Source: Malacoraja senta
Lineage: Eukaryota
NCBI GenBank assembly: GCA_038087875.1
Contig: JAXLNO010000385.1
Span: forward strand, 496,001-560,000
Length of the DNA: 64,000 nt
Direction of reading: 5' to 3'
The notes beneath the pieces are model-generated. The model did no database searches. It was not told where the DNA came from and worked only from the letters and a program-made list of their open reading frames with translations. Shown one piece after another: positions 45,034-57,577 of the stretch (positions are counted from its first letter, which is position 1; each line of letters starts with the position of its first letter). A program made the position numbers and the translations under genes.

Positions 45034-48000
45034 ATGCCGGGGAAATTTTTTTTTTTGAGGTTTAACACATATATATTAAATGACCTACAGGGTTATCAAT
45101 ATTTGAAACAACAAATGATATCATTTTTTGAGATAAATGATACACCAGGTACCTCACCTTCTTTAATATGGGAAACTTTTAAAGCATTTATTAGAGGAAT
45201 TATAATTTCATATGAAATTTTTCAAAATAAGAAGAATAAAACTGAACAGATGCTGTTAGAACAAGAAATAAGACAGTTAGAGTTAGATAATGCTAAAGAT
45301 CCCACTATAGATAAACATAATAAGATAATACTACTGAAATTTAAACTTAACCGAATTCTCTCGGCAAGAGTAATAAGATTATTCCAAATTACAAAACAGG
45401 AACATTTTGAGTTTGGTGACAAACCACATAAGCTGTTGGCGCGTCAATTGAAAAAACAGGAAAAGGAAAATACTATAAATAAAATTAAATCTGAGAATGG
45501 TGAATTACTAATACTACCTAAAGATATCAATAAAATATTTGTTCAATTTTATCAGAATTTATACACATCAAAAACCAAAACAGAAGATAGTAAAATTACA
45601 AACTTTTTAGATAAATGTAATCTACCAAAACTTGACCTTTTGGAACAAGAAGAACTAGGAGCGCAAATTACAATCGAAGAAATAGGTGAAACAATAAAAT
45701 TGCTGAAAAATGGTAAGACACCGGGACCAGATGGTTTTAGTATTGAATTTTATAAAAAGTTTCATGAGATAACGACCCCCTATCTATTTAATTTATATAC
45801 TCACGTTTTTAAAGAAAATAAATTACCTGAAACATTAGCAGAATCAACTATTACGCTTATTCCAAAGAAAGATAAAGATCTAGAGGAACCGGGTTCATAT
45901 AGAGCTATATCACTTCTAAATACCGACCAGAAAATTCTAGCAAAGACCTTAGCTAGAAGACTAAGCAAATATATTAGTAAATTGATAAACCCTGATCAAA
46001 CGGGGTTTATACCCAAAAGATATTCATTTAATAATTTGAGACGCCTGTTTAATATAATGTACTCACATAAAAAGGAAGAAAAAGACTTAGCAATTATTTC
46101 TTTGGACGCAGAGAAAGCATTTGATCAGGTAGAATGGCAGTATTTATACATAGTATTACAAAAATTTAATATGGGAGAGAATTTTATTGCATGGGTGAAA
46201 TTATTATATGATAAACCGATGGCAAGAATATTAACTAACAGCATGTTATCTCAAAAATTTCAATTATCAAGGGGTAATAGGCAGGGATGTGCTTTATCAC
46301 CCCTGCTATTTGCCCTTATGATAGAACCTCTGGCTGAAAGTATAAGAAGCCATCCGAATATTCAGGGTTATAATACTAGGGACTCAAATAATAAAATTTC
46401 ATTGTATGCAGACGATATTTTGTTATATATAACAAATTCACAAACGAGTATACCAAATTTATTAAATTTAATAGAGGAATTTGGGTCCTTTTCAGGATAT
46501 AGAATAAATTGGAACAAAAGTGAAATTATGACGTTAAAACCTCAAGAATCCACACACTTATTGAAATTTCCCTTTAAAATAGCAACAGAAAAATTCAAAT
46601 ATCTGGGTATACAGATTACTAGAAAACATAAAGCTTTATTCAACGCTAATTTTATACCCTTAATAAATAAACTTAATATAATGATAAAATTTTGGAAAAC
46701 ACTCCCTTTATCATTAATAGGCAGAATAAATGCTATTAAAATGAGCTTCTTACCACAGTTATTATACTTATTTCAATCTATACCAGTATATGTACCAAAA
46801 TATTTCTTCTCTAAACTGAATGCTAATATTACAAATTTTGTTTGGGATTACAAATCACATAGAATTAAAAAAGAACACTTATGTAAACCAAAAGATGTCG
46901 GGGGACTTTCACTCCCTAATTTTTTGTATTACTATTGGGCAATACATATTAAGAATATAATTTACTGGTTGGATAGTTCAACTCAACAGACAGAATGGAT
47001 AAAAATGGAGAAAGAGGATTGTTATCCTTGTAATATAGGAACAATCCTCTTCTCCCCGAAAAAAATGAACAATACAATATATAAGAAAAACCCAATTATA
47101 CAAGATACAATAAGAATATGGAAACAAATAAAACTAGCCTTAAAATTAAGAAACCTATCATTGTTAACACCGATAGCGAATAATCCTTTATTTAAACCAT
47201 CTATGATGGATAAAATATATAATCAATGGGAAAGTTTAGGAATTAAAAGGATCGGGGATATGTATGAAATGGGAGATTTATTATCATTTCAACAATTACA
47301 ATTAAAATTTAAACTGAAAAACACTCATTATTTTAAATATTTTCAGATTTGTAATTTTTTGAAGACATACATACAGGGATATCAAAAAATAACTCCTGAT
47401 TTACTAGAAGAAGTAATGAATATAAAAGCTGATACACAAAAATTAATAGCATATTTATATAATAGTATCTTAAATATAGATTTACCTGTGACTGAGGTAA
47501 TTAGAGAAGAGTGGGAACGGGAATTATTGATAAAAATTACGAAGGCTACATGGGAAAAGTATTTGACATACATTCACAAGTGTTCGATTAACGCAAGACA
47601 AAACCTAATCCAATTTAAAATTTTACATAGATTATATTACTCAAAAACAAGATTAAATAAATTTTATCCAAATATATCGCCCATTTGCGATAAATGTTTA
47701 ACCCAAGACGCAACTATAACACACTCTTTTGTTTCTTGTACAAAACTTCATGGATTTTGGAGTGATATTTTCGAAATATTTACAAAATTATTTAAGACAA
47801 AAATGGAACCCAATAATGAATTGATTATATTTGGGGTAATGGAAGACGGGAACAAATTGAGCTCATCTCAAAAGTCAATTTTTAATTATGGTTTAATAAT
47901 AGCAAAAAAATTAATATTGAAATTTTGGAAAAATACACCAATACCAACGCTCAAAATGTGGATTGCAAGTATGTTGGATACCGCACATCTTGAGGAAATG

Positions 48001-48087
48001 CGATTCCTCCTAATAGATAAATTTGACCAATTCATAACGAGTTGGTCTCCATTTGTCGTCTTTTTGGAAACGTATGGTGCAAAATAG
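45034..48087 (+). CDS. Uninterrupted L1 ORF2 remainder (RT + CCHC, no endonuclease), 1017 aa from the first ATG
   Basis: KTPGPDGF, YRAISLLN, DQTGF, LDAEKAFD, RQGCALSP, YADD, KYLG and CDKC..H..C with no stops; begins just after the EN domain seen in the 4638 copy. Confidence 0.85.
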   Translation: MPGKFFFLRFNTYILNDLQGYQYLKQQMISFFEINDTPGTSPSLIWETFKAFIRGIIISYEIFQNKKNKTEQMLLEQEIRQLELDNAKDPTIDKHNKIILLKFKLNRILSARVIRLFQITKQEHFEFGDKPHKLLARQLKKQEKENTINKIKSENGELLILPKDINKIFVQFYQNLYTSKTKTEDSKITNFLDKCNLPKLDLLEQEELGAQITIEEIGETIKLLKNGKTPGPDGFSIEFYKKFHEITTPYLFNLYTHVFKENKLPETLAESTITLIPKKDKDLEEPGSYRAISLLNTDQKILAKTLARRLSKYISKLINPDQTGFIPKRYSFNNLRRLFNIMYSHKKEEKDLAIISLDAEKAFDQVEWQYLYIVLQKFNMGENFIAWVKLLYDKPMARILTNSMLSQKFQLSRGNRQGCALSPLLFALMIEPLAESIRSHPNIQGYNTRDSNNKISLYADDILLYITNSQTSIPNLLNLIEEFGSFSGYRINWNKSEIMTLKPQESTHLLKFPFKIATEKFKYLGIQITRKHKALFNANFIPLINKLNIMIKFWKTLPLSLIGRINAIKMSFLPQLLYLFQSIPVYVPKYFFSKLNANITNFVWDYKSHRIKKEHLCKPKDVGGLSLPNFLYYYWAIHIKNIIYWLDSSTQQTEWIKMEKEDCYPCNIGTILFSPKKMNNTIYKKNPIIQDTIRIWKQIKLALKLRNLSLLTPIANNPLFKPSMMDKIYNQWESLGIKRIGDMYEMGDLLSFQQLQLKFKLKNTHYFKYFQICNFLKTYIQGYQKITPDLLEEVMNIKADTQKLIAYLYNSILNIDLPVTEVIREEWERELLIKITKATWEKYLTYIHKCSINARQNLIQFKILHRLYYSKTRLNKFYPNISPICDKCLTQDATITHSFVSCTKLHGFWSDIFEIFTKLFKTKMEPNNELIIFGVMEDGNKLSSSQKSIFNYGLIIAKKLILKFWKNTPIPTLKMWIASMLDTAHLEEMRFLLIDKFDQFITSWSPFVVFLETYGAK

Positions 48088-48394
48088 GTGTAAAAGCTAA
48101 TCCGTGACTGCGGATGGTCAAGATTATAAATGATCTCCTTCTATTTTCTTTTCTTCTTTTCTTTTCATCTATTCTCTTTCTTCTATTTTCTATGTCTCAA
48201 CTTTCTTATTTCATTCTTTATTTTTCTTTTTCACACACTATATATCTCACATTTTTCTATTTTTCATTATCTAACTTTTTTCTTTTTCTTCTTTATTTCA
48301 AAAAATTTAAAAAATAAGAAGCTGTACATAAAAGGTATTATGAAAATATGATTGTATACAATTGTACTTACTTCTAATAAAATAAAAATAAAAA
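45034..48394 (+). mobile_element. Young 5'-truncated L1-clade LINE with 14-bp TSD
   Basis: TSD ACAAAGTTGAATTG at 45020-45033 and 48395-48408; A-rich tail after AATAAA. Confidence 0.96.
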
Positions 48395-48809
48395 ACAAAG
48401 TTGAATTGGATCGATGCCCTGCCATTGGCACTGAAGAGATGTTGTATGCAAACTAACCGAGCAGGTGGCACAATGGAGAGGTCCCTACAAGAGACCGAGT
48501 TTGGAACAGTTAAAGATAGAATTTAAAAAGTATATGAAACAGTTAATTATGATATACAAGTCTATTTATGAACAGGAAATGTAAAAGCTGTTGGAGGTGG
48601 ACCAGGAGGAAGGACCCTTTAAACCTGAAGACAAGGTGTATGTATGAGTTTTCTAAACTACCGAGCGATGTTCAGGTAGAAGGTTGATATACCTGGTACC
48701 ATTTCAATAATTACATGAGGGCTGTCCCGCAGGTATGAATAGATAATAGCCCTGAAGTAAGTGAACAGGAGGACAAGAGATGTGAGAAAAGAGTAGAGTT
48801 TGAACAAGA

Positions 48810-49762
48810 ATGTTGTTTGACATCAGTGGTGGGCAAAATAATGGAAAGGATACTTAAGACAATATATAAGAATAGGGTAGGATTAGGAAGAATTAGCATG
48901 GATTTGTGATTGTGATGTTTGACTAATCTTGAATTTTTTAAAAAGGTTATTAGGGAAATTGATGAGGGTAAAGTGATGGATGTTGTCTAGATGAACTTCA
49001 GTAAGGCCTTTGACAAGGTTCAATAAGGAAATAAGGTTGGTTAAGAAGGGTTAGTAAGGAATAGCAAGATGGATTAAAAAGTGGCTGTATGGGAGATGTC
49101 AGAGAGCAATGGTGGATGGATGTTTGTCAGGTTGGAGGTCAGTGACTAAAGGGGTACCTCAGGGATGTGTGTTGGGTCCACTGTTGTTTGTCATGTGAAT
49201 CAATAATCTGGATGTTGGTGTGGTAAAATAGATTAATAAGTATGTAGATGATACTAAGATAGGTGGTGTTGTGAATAATGAAGTAGATTTTAAATAGTGT
49301 GCAGAGAGATTTAGGTTATTTGGAAGAATGGGTTGAAACATGACAGATTGGTTTAATGTTGATAAGTGTGAGATGATACATCTTGGCAGGACAAATCAAA
49401 ATTGAACGTACATGGTAAATTATTGTGAATTGAGGAATTAAGTTGAACAGGCGGATTTAGGTTTAACTGTGCATGGTTCCCTGAAGGTGGAATTTCATGA
49501 AGATAGGATGGTAAAGAAAGATTTTGGTGTGTTGGCCTTTATAAATCAGAGCATTGTGTATAGAAGTTGGGTTGTAATGTTAAATTGTACAAGGTATTGG
49601 TGTGGTCAATTATGGAGTATGGTGTATAATTTTGGTAGGTATAATTATAGGAAGGATATCAACAAAATAGAGAGAGTACAGAGGAGATCAATTAGAATGT
49701 TGACTGGGTTTCAGCAACTAAGACACAGAGAAAGGTTGAACAAGTTAGGTCTTTATTATTTA
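48810..49762 (+). mobile_element. Strongly mutated CR1 fragment inside the ERV
   Basis: FSKAFDKV, GVPQG.VLGPLLF, YVDDTK and ERVQRR motifs with many stops; no 3' tail. Confidence 0.85.
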
Positions 49763-49874
49763 GGAAAGATAGAAGGGGTCCCAACAAATACAAGGGAATG
49801 ATGTATTCCTAAGGAACTATTTACTGGCAGTATCTCGTTCTATTACAGAATTAAGAACCAAGGGGCTGCTGGCA

Positions 49875-50157
49875 CAGAGTCCCCATCTCGACTTTCCAAT
49901 CCATTCTGTGAAAGCGGGGGACTGGGATCTTGTAACATCATGGAAGGAAGAAAAAGCTGCAACCAAAGTGGACTGGACCCTACCTGGTGTTACTAATCAC
50001 CGAGACAGCAGTACGAACAAAAGAAAAAGGGTGGACACACGCAAGCCGATTTAAGGGTCCTGTGGAGGCCCCACCAAACAATATCAGCCCGTGGACTGTG
50101 CGCAAAGGAGAGGAACCATTGACTTTAATATTTAACAAGAACCCGCGGGAAAAATGA
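49875..50157 (+). pseudogene. pol: Second integrase C-terminus preceding env
   Basis: LDFPIHSVKAGDW..SWKEEK, then PYLVLLITETAVRTKEKGWTHASRFK...PWTV..PLTL to a stop. Confidence 0.75.
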
Positions 50158-50277
50158 AGATTTCGTGTTGGTGGGTCGTGTGTTGGGTGGTTACCCAACT
50201 ATGTAAGCATACAGAGTGTTCAAATGCAGGAAAGTGGAAGGATGTGCAGATAGAACAGGGAGAATGATTCTAAGGAT

Positions 50278-51213
50278 TTGAAGATAATGATAGTAGCAGG
50301 AGAAACAGAATTAAGGCAATTATATGAGGAGGGAATACCTACAGGAGGGAAGGGAGCCAACACCTGGCTTGCCTGGATGATGTACATGGCCAGGAGTATG
50401 CAACACACCAATTGCTACGCCTGCGCCGGACCTAAGCCTCAGCTGGTTCCAGAACCATTTCCCTTGAATTGGGATAGGACACCTGGGGCTATGTCATGTA
50501 TACTACAGCTATTCACTAATCCCATCCTACCAAAGGATGCGACCTGCCAGAGTTATCATTACCTATTCCCGGCTAGCAACAACAATACAAAGGGCCGAAG
50601 GACAGACCCTTCGACACACACATATATATAGATGCGATTGGGGGTGCCAAGAGGGGTACCCGATGAATTCAAAGCCAGAAACCAGATAGCTGCGGGCTTT
50701 GAGTCCATACTCTTCTGGTGGTCCACACTTAATAAAAATGTGGACTGGATCAACTACCTATACTACAACCAACAACGCCTTATAAATTACACTCGAGATG
50801 CGGTTGAAGGATTAGCGGAACAACTGACAGATACCAGCCTAATGGCCTGGCAAAATCGCATGGCCTTAGACATGCTACTGGCTGAGAAGGGAGGGGTGTG
50901 TGTAATGTTTGGGGAACAATGTTGCACCTTCATCCCCAACAACACTGCTCCTGATGGGTCAGTATTGAGAGCCCTAGCAAGTCTCACCTCCCTGTCTATC
51001 GAATTGGCCGAGAACTCCGGAGTAGACACCTCCTGGACCGGGTTTCTAGACTCCTGGTTTGGGAAATGGAAGCACATCTTTACATCAGCCCTAACATCAG
51101 TGGTAGTTATGATGGGGTTGCTGTGCCTATTTAAAACAAAGTATGACCAGCGAGAGGAAGATAAGGAGGCGAAGATTCTGCTGCTAGCATTAGAGAACGG
51201 GCAGATAGTCTAA
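50278..51213 (+). pseudogene. env: Internally deleted gamma-type env; TM region open at 50632-51213
   Basis: SU CXXC (CYAC); GVPRGVPDEFKARNQIAAGFES; immunosuppressive domain QNRMALDMLLAEKGGVC; CX6CC (CVMFGEQCC); hydrophobic anchor. Confidence 0.9.
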
Positions 51214-51247
51214 ATCAAAGATTGCAGTAGGAAAAGTAAGTGTGGAT

Positions 51248-51775
51248 TGTGAGGAAGGGGTTAATAGGTATAAGTTGATTTAGACAAGAACCCTTTGTAT
51301 AGTAGGGAGTATAGTAGGGAGGATAGGGGGAGTACAGATGGTGACTTTTTCAAGGATGAGAACAGAGAAGATAGCAACAGCCCAGCAAAGAACTAGGGTA
51401 AGAGTCAGGAGAAACACTCTGTGCGCATGGGCAATAAACTTACATGAATATGTACACACACCCACTATGACAAGATGTCTCATTTAAATGCACATGCGAT
51501 GCATGATATGGGAGGTGTCTTTGACGTCGGGTGGACGTTCCAGGACGTTCTCGTGGGAATGAGGGCTTTATGTTATGATTTGAAGAAGCACAATGGGGAG
51601 GGATGAGGGTGTGACAATGATACCCATGAAATGTATAAAGATAGAAGACATCCCGATCCTCGGTGTGCTCTAGGGGTCATCAGAGGAGAGGCACCTATTC
51701 TGCAGAATATGATTTGAATAAAAAGCTTCTTTGCCGACTTTGTCTCTAAAAGCGTTTGTGATTTTGAATCTCACA
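51248..51775 (+). repeat. 3' LTR
   Basis: Matches the 5' LTR with about 12 substitutions and 3 indels by hand count; preceded by a degenerate purine tract. Confidence 0.95.
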
Positions 51776-51954
51776 AGAGGTTTTGCAAGATTTTTGCAAA
51801 ATTATTGCAATGCAATGCATTTTACATACCAAGTGGTTGCTTGCAATATTACTGTTAACAATTTAACAAGGAACTAACTGCAGATAGATAGATGCTGGAA
51901 AATCCAAGGCCGAATCGACAAAAATGCTGGAGAAACTCAGCGGTTTTCAGACAG

Positions 51955-52013
<59 letters not shown>

Positions 52014-52699
52014 GCTAGACAGCTAGATAGATAGATAAAGATCAAGACCAACGCCTTTAGATAAAGACCAACGCCTTTACTCCGTGTCGAGTCTGGGAAC
52101 AATTTGCATGTCTCCAGTTGCTCTGGAAACTTCTAAAGATGCACCATAGAAATTATACAATCTGGTTGCATCACATCCTAGGGGGTAGAGGGGAGGGGGG
52201 CTAAAAGGGAGAGGGGGAGGGGAGGGAGAAAGGAGGGAGGAGAGAGTGTGGTAGAGGTGGGGGGGGGGAGAGGGGAGGGGGAGAGGGGGGAGGTGGAGAG
52301 AGATTGGATGGGGAGAGAGGAGAGGGGGAGAGAGGAGCGGGAGAGAGAAGAGGGGGAGAGGGAGGAGGGAGAGAGAGAGGAGGGGGGGCGAGAGGAGGGG
52401 GAGAGAAAAGGGGGAGCGGAGAAGGGGGAGAGAGAAGGGGAGACGGGGAAAGGCACGGGAGGGAGGGAGGGGAAGAGAAAGAATAGAGGGGAGAGAGAGA
52501 GAGTAGAGGGGAGAGGGGGAGGGAGGGAGGAGGGGGGAGAACAGGAGGGGATGGATGAGAGAGGGGGAGGATAGGAGGGGTAGAGGTGGAGGGGGAGGGG
52601 GAGTGGAGGGCGGTAGATAGGGAGGGGGGTAGATAGGGAGGGGGTAGATAGGGAGGGGTAGATAGGGAGGGGTAGATAGGGAGGGGGTAGATAGGTAGG

Positions 52700-54081
<1,382 letters not shown>

Positions 54082-55115
54082 TCAAATGACGGTGCACACG
54101 GCTATTTACTTTGAGCTTCTGGTTCTTGCCCTGTTGTGTTGCCTGCGAGCCAATGACAGTCAGCAGATCAGAATATCACTAAGGTACAGAATTCCATCCG
54201 GTTTTGCATTCTTTCGCGACTTCCCATTCAAAACGAAATTCCAAAAAATTGGTCCCGATGATGCGCTTGTAATTAGCTCTATCCACACTGGATTAATTTA
54301 TGAATTAACTTATCGGATCATGTTATCCCACTGACGGCGAGGATTCTCCCCGCTTCTCAGGTTAAGTCCCGCATCCTGCAGACGTGCTGGAGTGAAACAG
54401 TCGCGATATTTAAAAGACCAGTCAGTCAATTTTATTTGTATAGCACATTTAAAAACATCTCACGTTGACCAAAGTGCTGTAGACCAGAGCAGATACTAAT
54501 GTGCTTCATACAATGGTACACAGAGCTAACAATACATACACAAACTGTTTACACCGCTCCCTTAGAGGGCCTCAAAAACGCTATTGTGTAGAAATGGGTG
54601 TTGAGCCTCGATTTAAAGAAGTCGATAGAGGGGGCAGTTCAGATGAGGAGAGGGATGCTGTTCCACAGTCTAGGTGCTGCAACCGCAAAAGCGCGGTCGC
54701 CCCTGAGCTTAAACCGAGACCGCGAGATAGTCAGTTGCCCCAAGTCGGCCGACCTGAGGGACCTGGAGGTAGAATGGTGAGTTAGAAGATTTTTGATACA
54801 GGAGGGGGCAAGCCCGTTAGGGTGATTGGACGGGTGCATTTATAGGAAAGGTTAAAATGAATGTCGGGGAATCGCGGGCAAATCGGACTCGCGTTGACGG
54901 CGCATATCGGTTAGCAGAGATGAATTGAGCCAAAGTGACAGATTCAGTGATGTATGATTCTATAACTTCTACGAGTGCTGGTTCAAATGGCCATTGCAAG
55001 CTGTTCCGTGTGAGTCTGTGCGTAGTGGAGATTCTGAGCAGTTGAATGGGAATATTGGGAGGACAAACACTGATGGGAGCAAATGTATGTTGAACTATCG
55101 GCGTGGATCAGAGGG

Positions 55116-56020
55116 TCACGGACGTACACGTGCACGAATTGCACTCACTGGGAACGTAACCGCGTTGATCAGCTCAGCCCTGAATTTACTCTGGGTCACC
55201 ACGTAAATACACGTGTTGGTGCAGGTACTGAGCAGCTGCAGGAACCCCGACGTGACCGCTGTGATATAGTAATAACCGGTGGGGGAGCGGTCATATCGCA
55301 ACTTCGCAATACCCGTAAACATGTAAAATATGGCCTGTGTTGCCCACAGCAGGACGAAAGTGCTCGTGATACTGAAGAGTAAAACAATGGATTTCCTGCG
55401 GTTCTCCATCTCCGGGTCCTTGTCATTCTCTCCGTTGCTTTTTCCCCGGAGCCCCCTGCGGACTCTGCTGGCCGCCACAATCCGCCTGACCGTCAGCACA
55501 TTGAGCAGAAGGATCAGAAAGAACGGGATACAAGGGGTTAGAACGCGGTGTGTGAACTCATATGCGATCCATGCAGACGACGTATAGAAGGTGGGTTTGA
55601 TGAAGCAACCCCAGGGAAGATTATCAAACACGTAGCCAGGTTCTAACGTAAAACACCGGGGGACGTTCTCTAAACAGCCCAGCACACTCACTGCCCCGAT
55701 AATCACAGCCGCCGTTCTCTCAGTGCAATATCTTGTTTTCAGCTTCTCACAACAAATAGCCACAAACCGATCGAAGGTGAAGGCGACCGTCAGCCAGACA
55801 GAGACAGCGGTGGATGCAAAGACCAGGAATGAGATAGTCGTGCACACAGGAGTAATGCTCAGCAAAGAATACGGGAAGTAAATTCGAATAGTCTTACGGA
55901 GAAACGGATCGGTGATGCCGACCAGGAGATCAGACGCTGCCATGACCACCAGGTAGACAGTGATGCATTTGGAGAGACCGCATTTACCTCGACAGAGAAT
56001 CACAATCGCCAACAAGTTCA
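55116..56020 (-). CDS. GPR139/GPR142-like GPCR copy B, exon 2
   Basis: Intact 7TM frame with the same acceptor (AG at 56022-56021); 18 amino-acid differences from copy A. Confidence 0.92.
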
Positions 56021-57507
56021 CTGTGAGAGAGAGAAGAGATATTACTGACATAAGCCCCGCACAAACGTATCTGAGGGACATTGTCTGATTGGAAGGTTTT
56101 CAAACTTCAAATTTGGTTGACCAAATGACCTTTAGCCCAGACCACGTTCAGAGACTACAGCCTTTGGACCACGGTGTCCACGCATCTCATCAACACCAAT
56201 GTATATTACGTTCACAGCTTTAAATACTGCCCACATTCTTCTGAACTGTCTCCAGATTGTAGCATCCATCTACACTGTCCCATGGACAGTAGTTACAGAA
56301 ACTATTAATAGGCAGGTCAATTGCATGTGGGAGGAAACATGCGCACAGACAAGATTAGCGTGGAGTCGGAAGACTTACGATGAAACATTGCTCATAAAGC
56401 ACGGGAGGGTGGAGATTGAACCTGCGTCGCCGAAACTGTGTGACACCGGCAGTCAGGCAAGGAAATCGCTATCAAAACATGGGGGGGGGGGGTGGGGACG
56501 GTGACATCGGAAGCTGACCTGGTTGGTGACCGACTCCAGCAACAGCAGCTTCGTCCGCCCCGAATGGTGGGGCTTGAATCGGCCCGTTCGCGGGGGCTTT
56601 CATCGGCCGGCGGGGCTTCAACATGGGGAGCCTCGATCGCCTGGATGCAGCAGGTTGATTTTGTGCCGCGCTGGGCGATGAAAGCACCCGCGAACTGGCT
56701 GGTTCGGACCTTAGAAAGCTTCTGATAAATTCCGGATTACAAAACATAAGTGGGATTGTCCCCCACCTCTCAAAGCACCAGGGGGGGTGCTCCCGTCCCT
56801 CCCTAGAATTTCCGCCCATGCAGGCAGTACTGACTGTGGCACGATGGCGAAGATGTACAGATACATCTGCGGATATAATTCGAATTTACAGATCGTCCGA
56901 AGGAGAAGATATCAAAATACATAACATTAACTGATATAAAATTACGTGACAGCATCTGTTTACATCTGAGTTAACATCTGAGTTTACATCATAGTAAAGT
57001 CGTGACACCTTCATAGAGTCAGATCCCAGCTCGTGACATTCACTTGCTTTATCTCATGAGCTGTAGCATTACAGGTCTAACGCGGGACTACGCTTCACGC
57101 AGCGACGAGTGCAGAGAATATATCGATTATAAATTCAGTTAAGCAGGTTTGTCCGATTGGGAACACATGTCATTTCACTAACACGTTTCAGACTCTCCAC
57201 GGAAGGAACCCAAGTTGCCATTCTCACAGCTCCTGACCAACATACCAGGGTGTGATTATCTGGTACCTGCTCGCTGGTCAGGGCTCTGGCCGGCGCGATC
57301 AGTACAGACAGTGATCCAGGCCAGGATAAACAAGGGGCATGACGTATACATTGCGGCAGTTGCAGTAGGAACATGGATGTCTAACCAAATTAAACAAGTG
57401 AATTATTGATACACAAACAATGTTTGTTTAACGTCGGCACCGCCGGAGTGTACGGAATGTCTCACAGCTAATGCGCGTACATGAAAATCAGAGACAAACC
57501 AAATTAC

Positions 57508-57577
57508 CGAAAACAGCGACAGCCGCTATTGTAGGGTGATATATATCTTGAATTCGATAGATCAATTGATGTCCCAT
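57508..57577 (-). CDS. GPR139/GPR142-like GPCR copy B, coding exon 1
   Basis: Identical to 20206-20275; ATG at 57577, donor GT at 57507-57506. Confidence 0.85.

Larger units (their letters stand above)
44790..48725 (+). pseudogene. pol: Decayed integrase split by the L1 insertion
   Basis: RFGRPTEISFDNG and GMVERINGTLK before the L1; LNWIDALPLAL, KPEDKVYV and VQVEG..TWYH after it. Confidence 0.8.
42128..51775 (+). mobile_element. Defective class I (gamma/epsilon-like) endogenous retrovirus
   Basis: Paired LTRs, AGAG target-site duplication (42124-42127, 51776-51779), PBS, and gag, integrase and env remnants; no protease or RT found. Confidence 0.95.

Noticed and set aside
45010..48087. Domesticated RT gene or integrase-RT fusion
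   Set aside because: TSD, A tail and 5' truncation mark an ordinary L1 insertion; the integrase frame stops at the junction.
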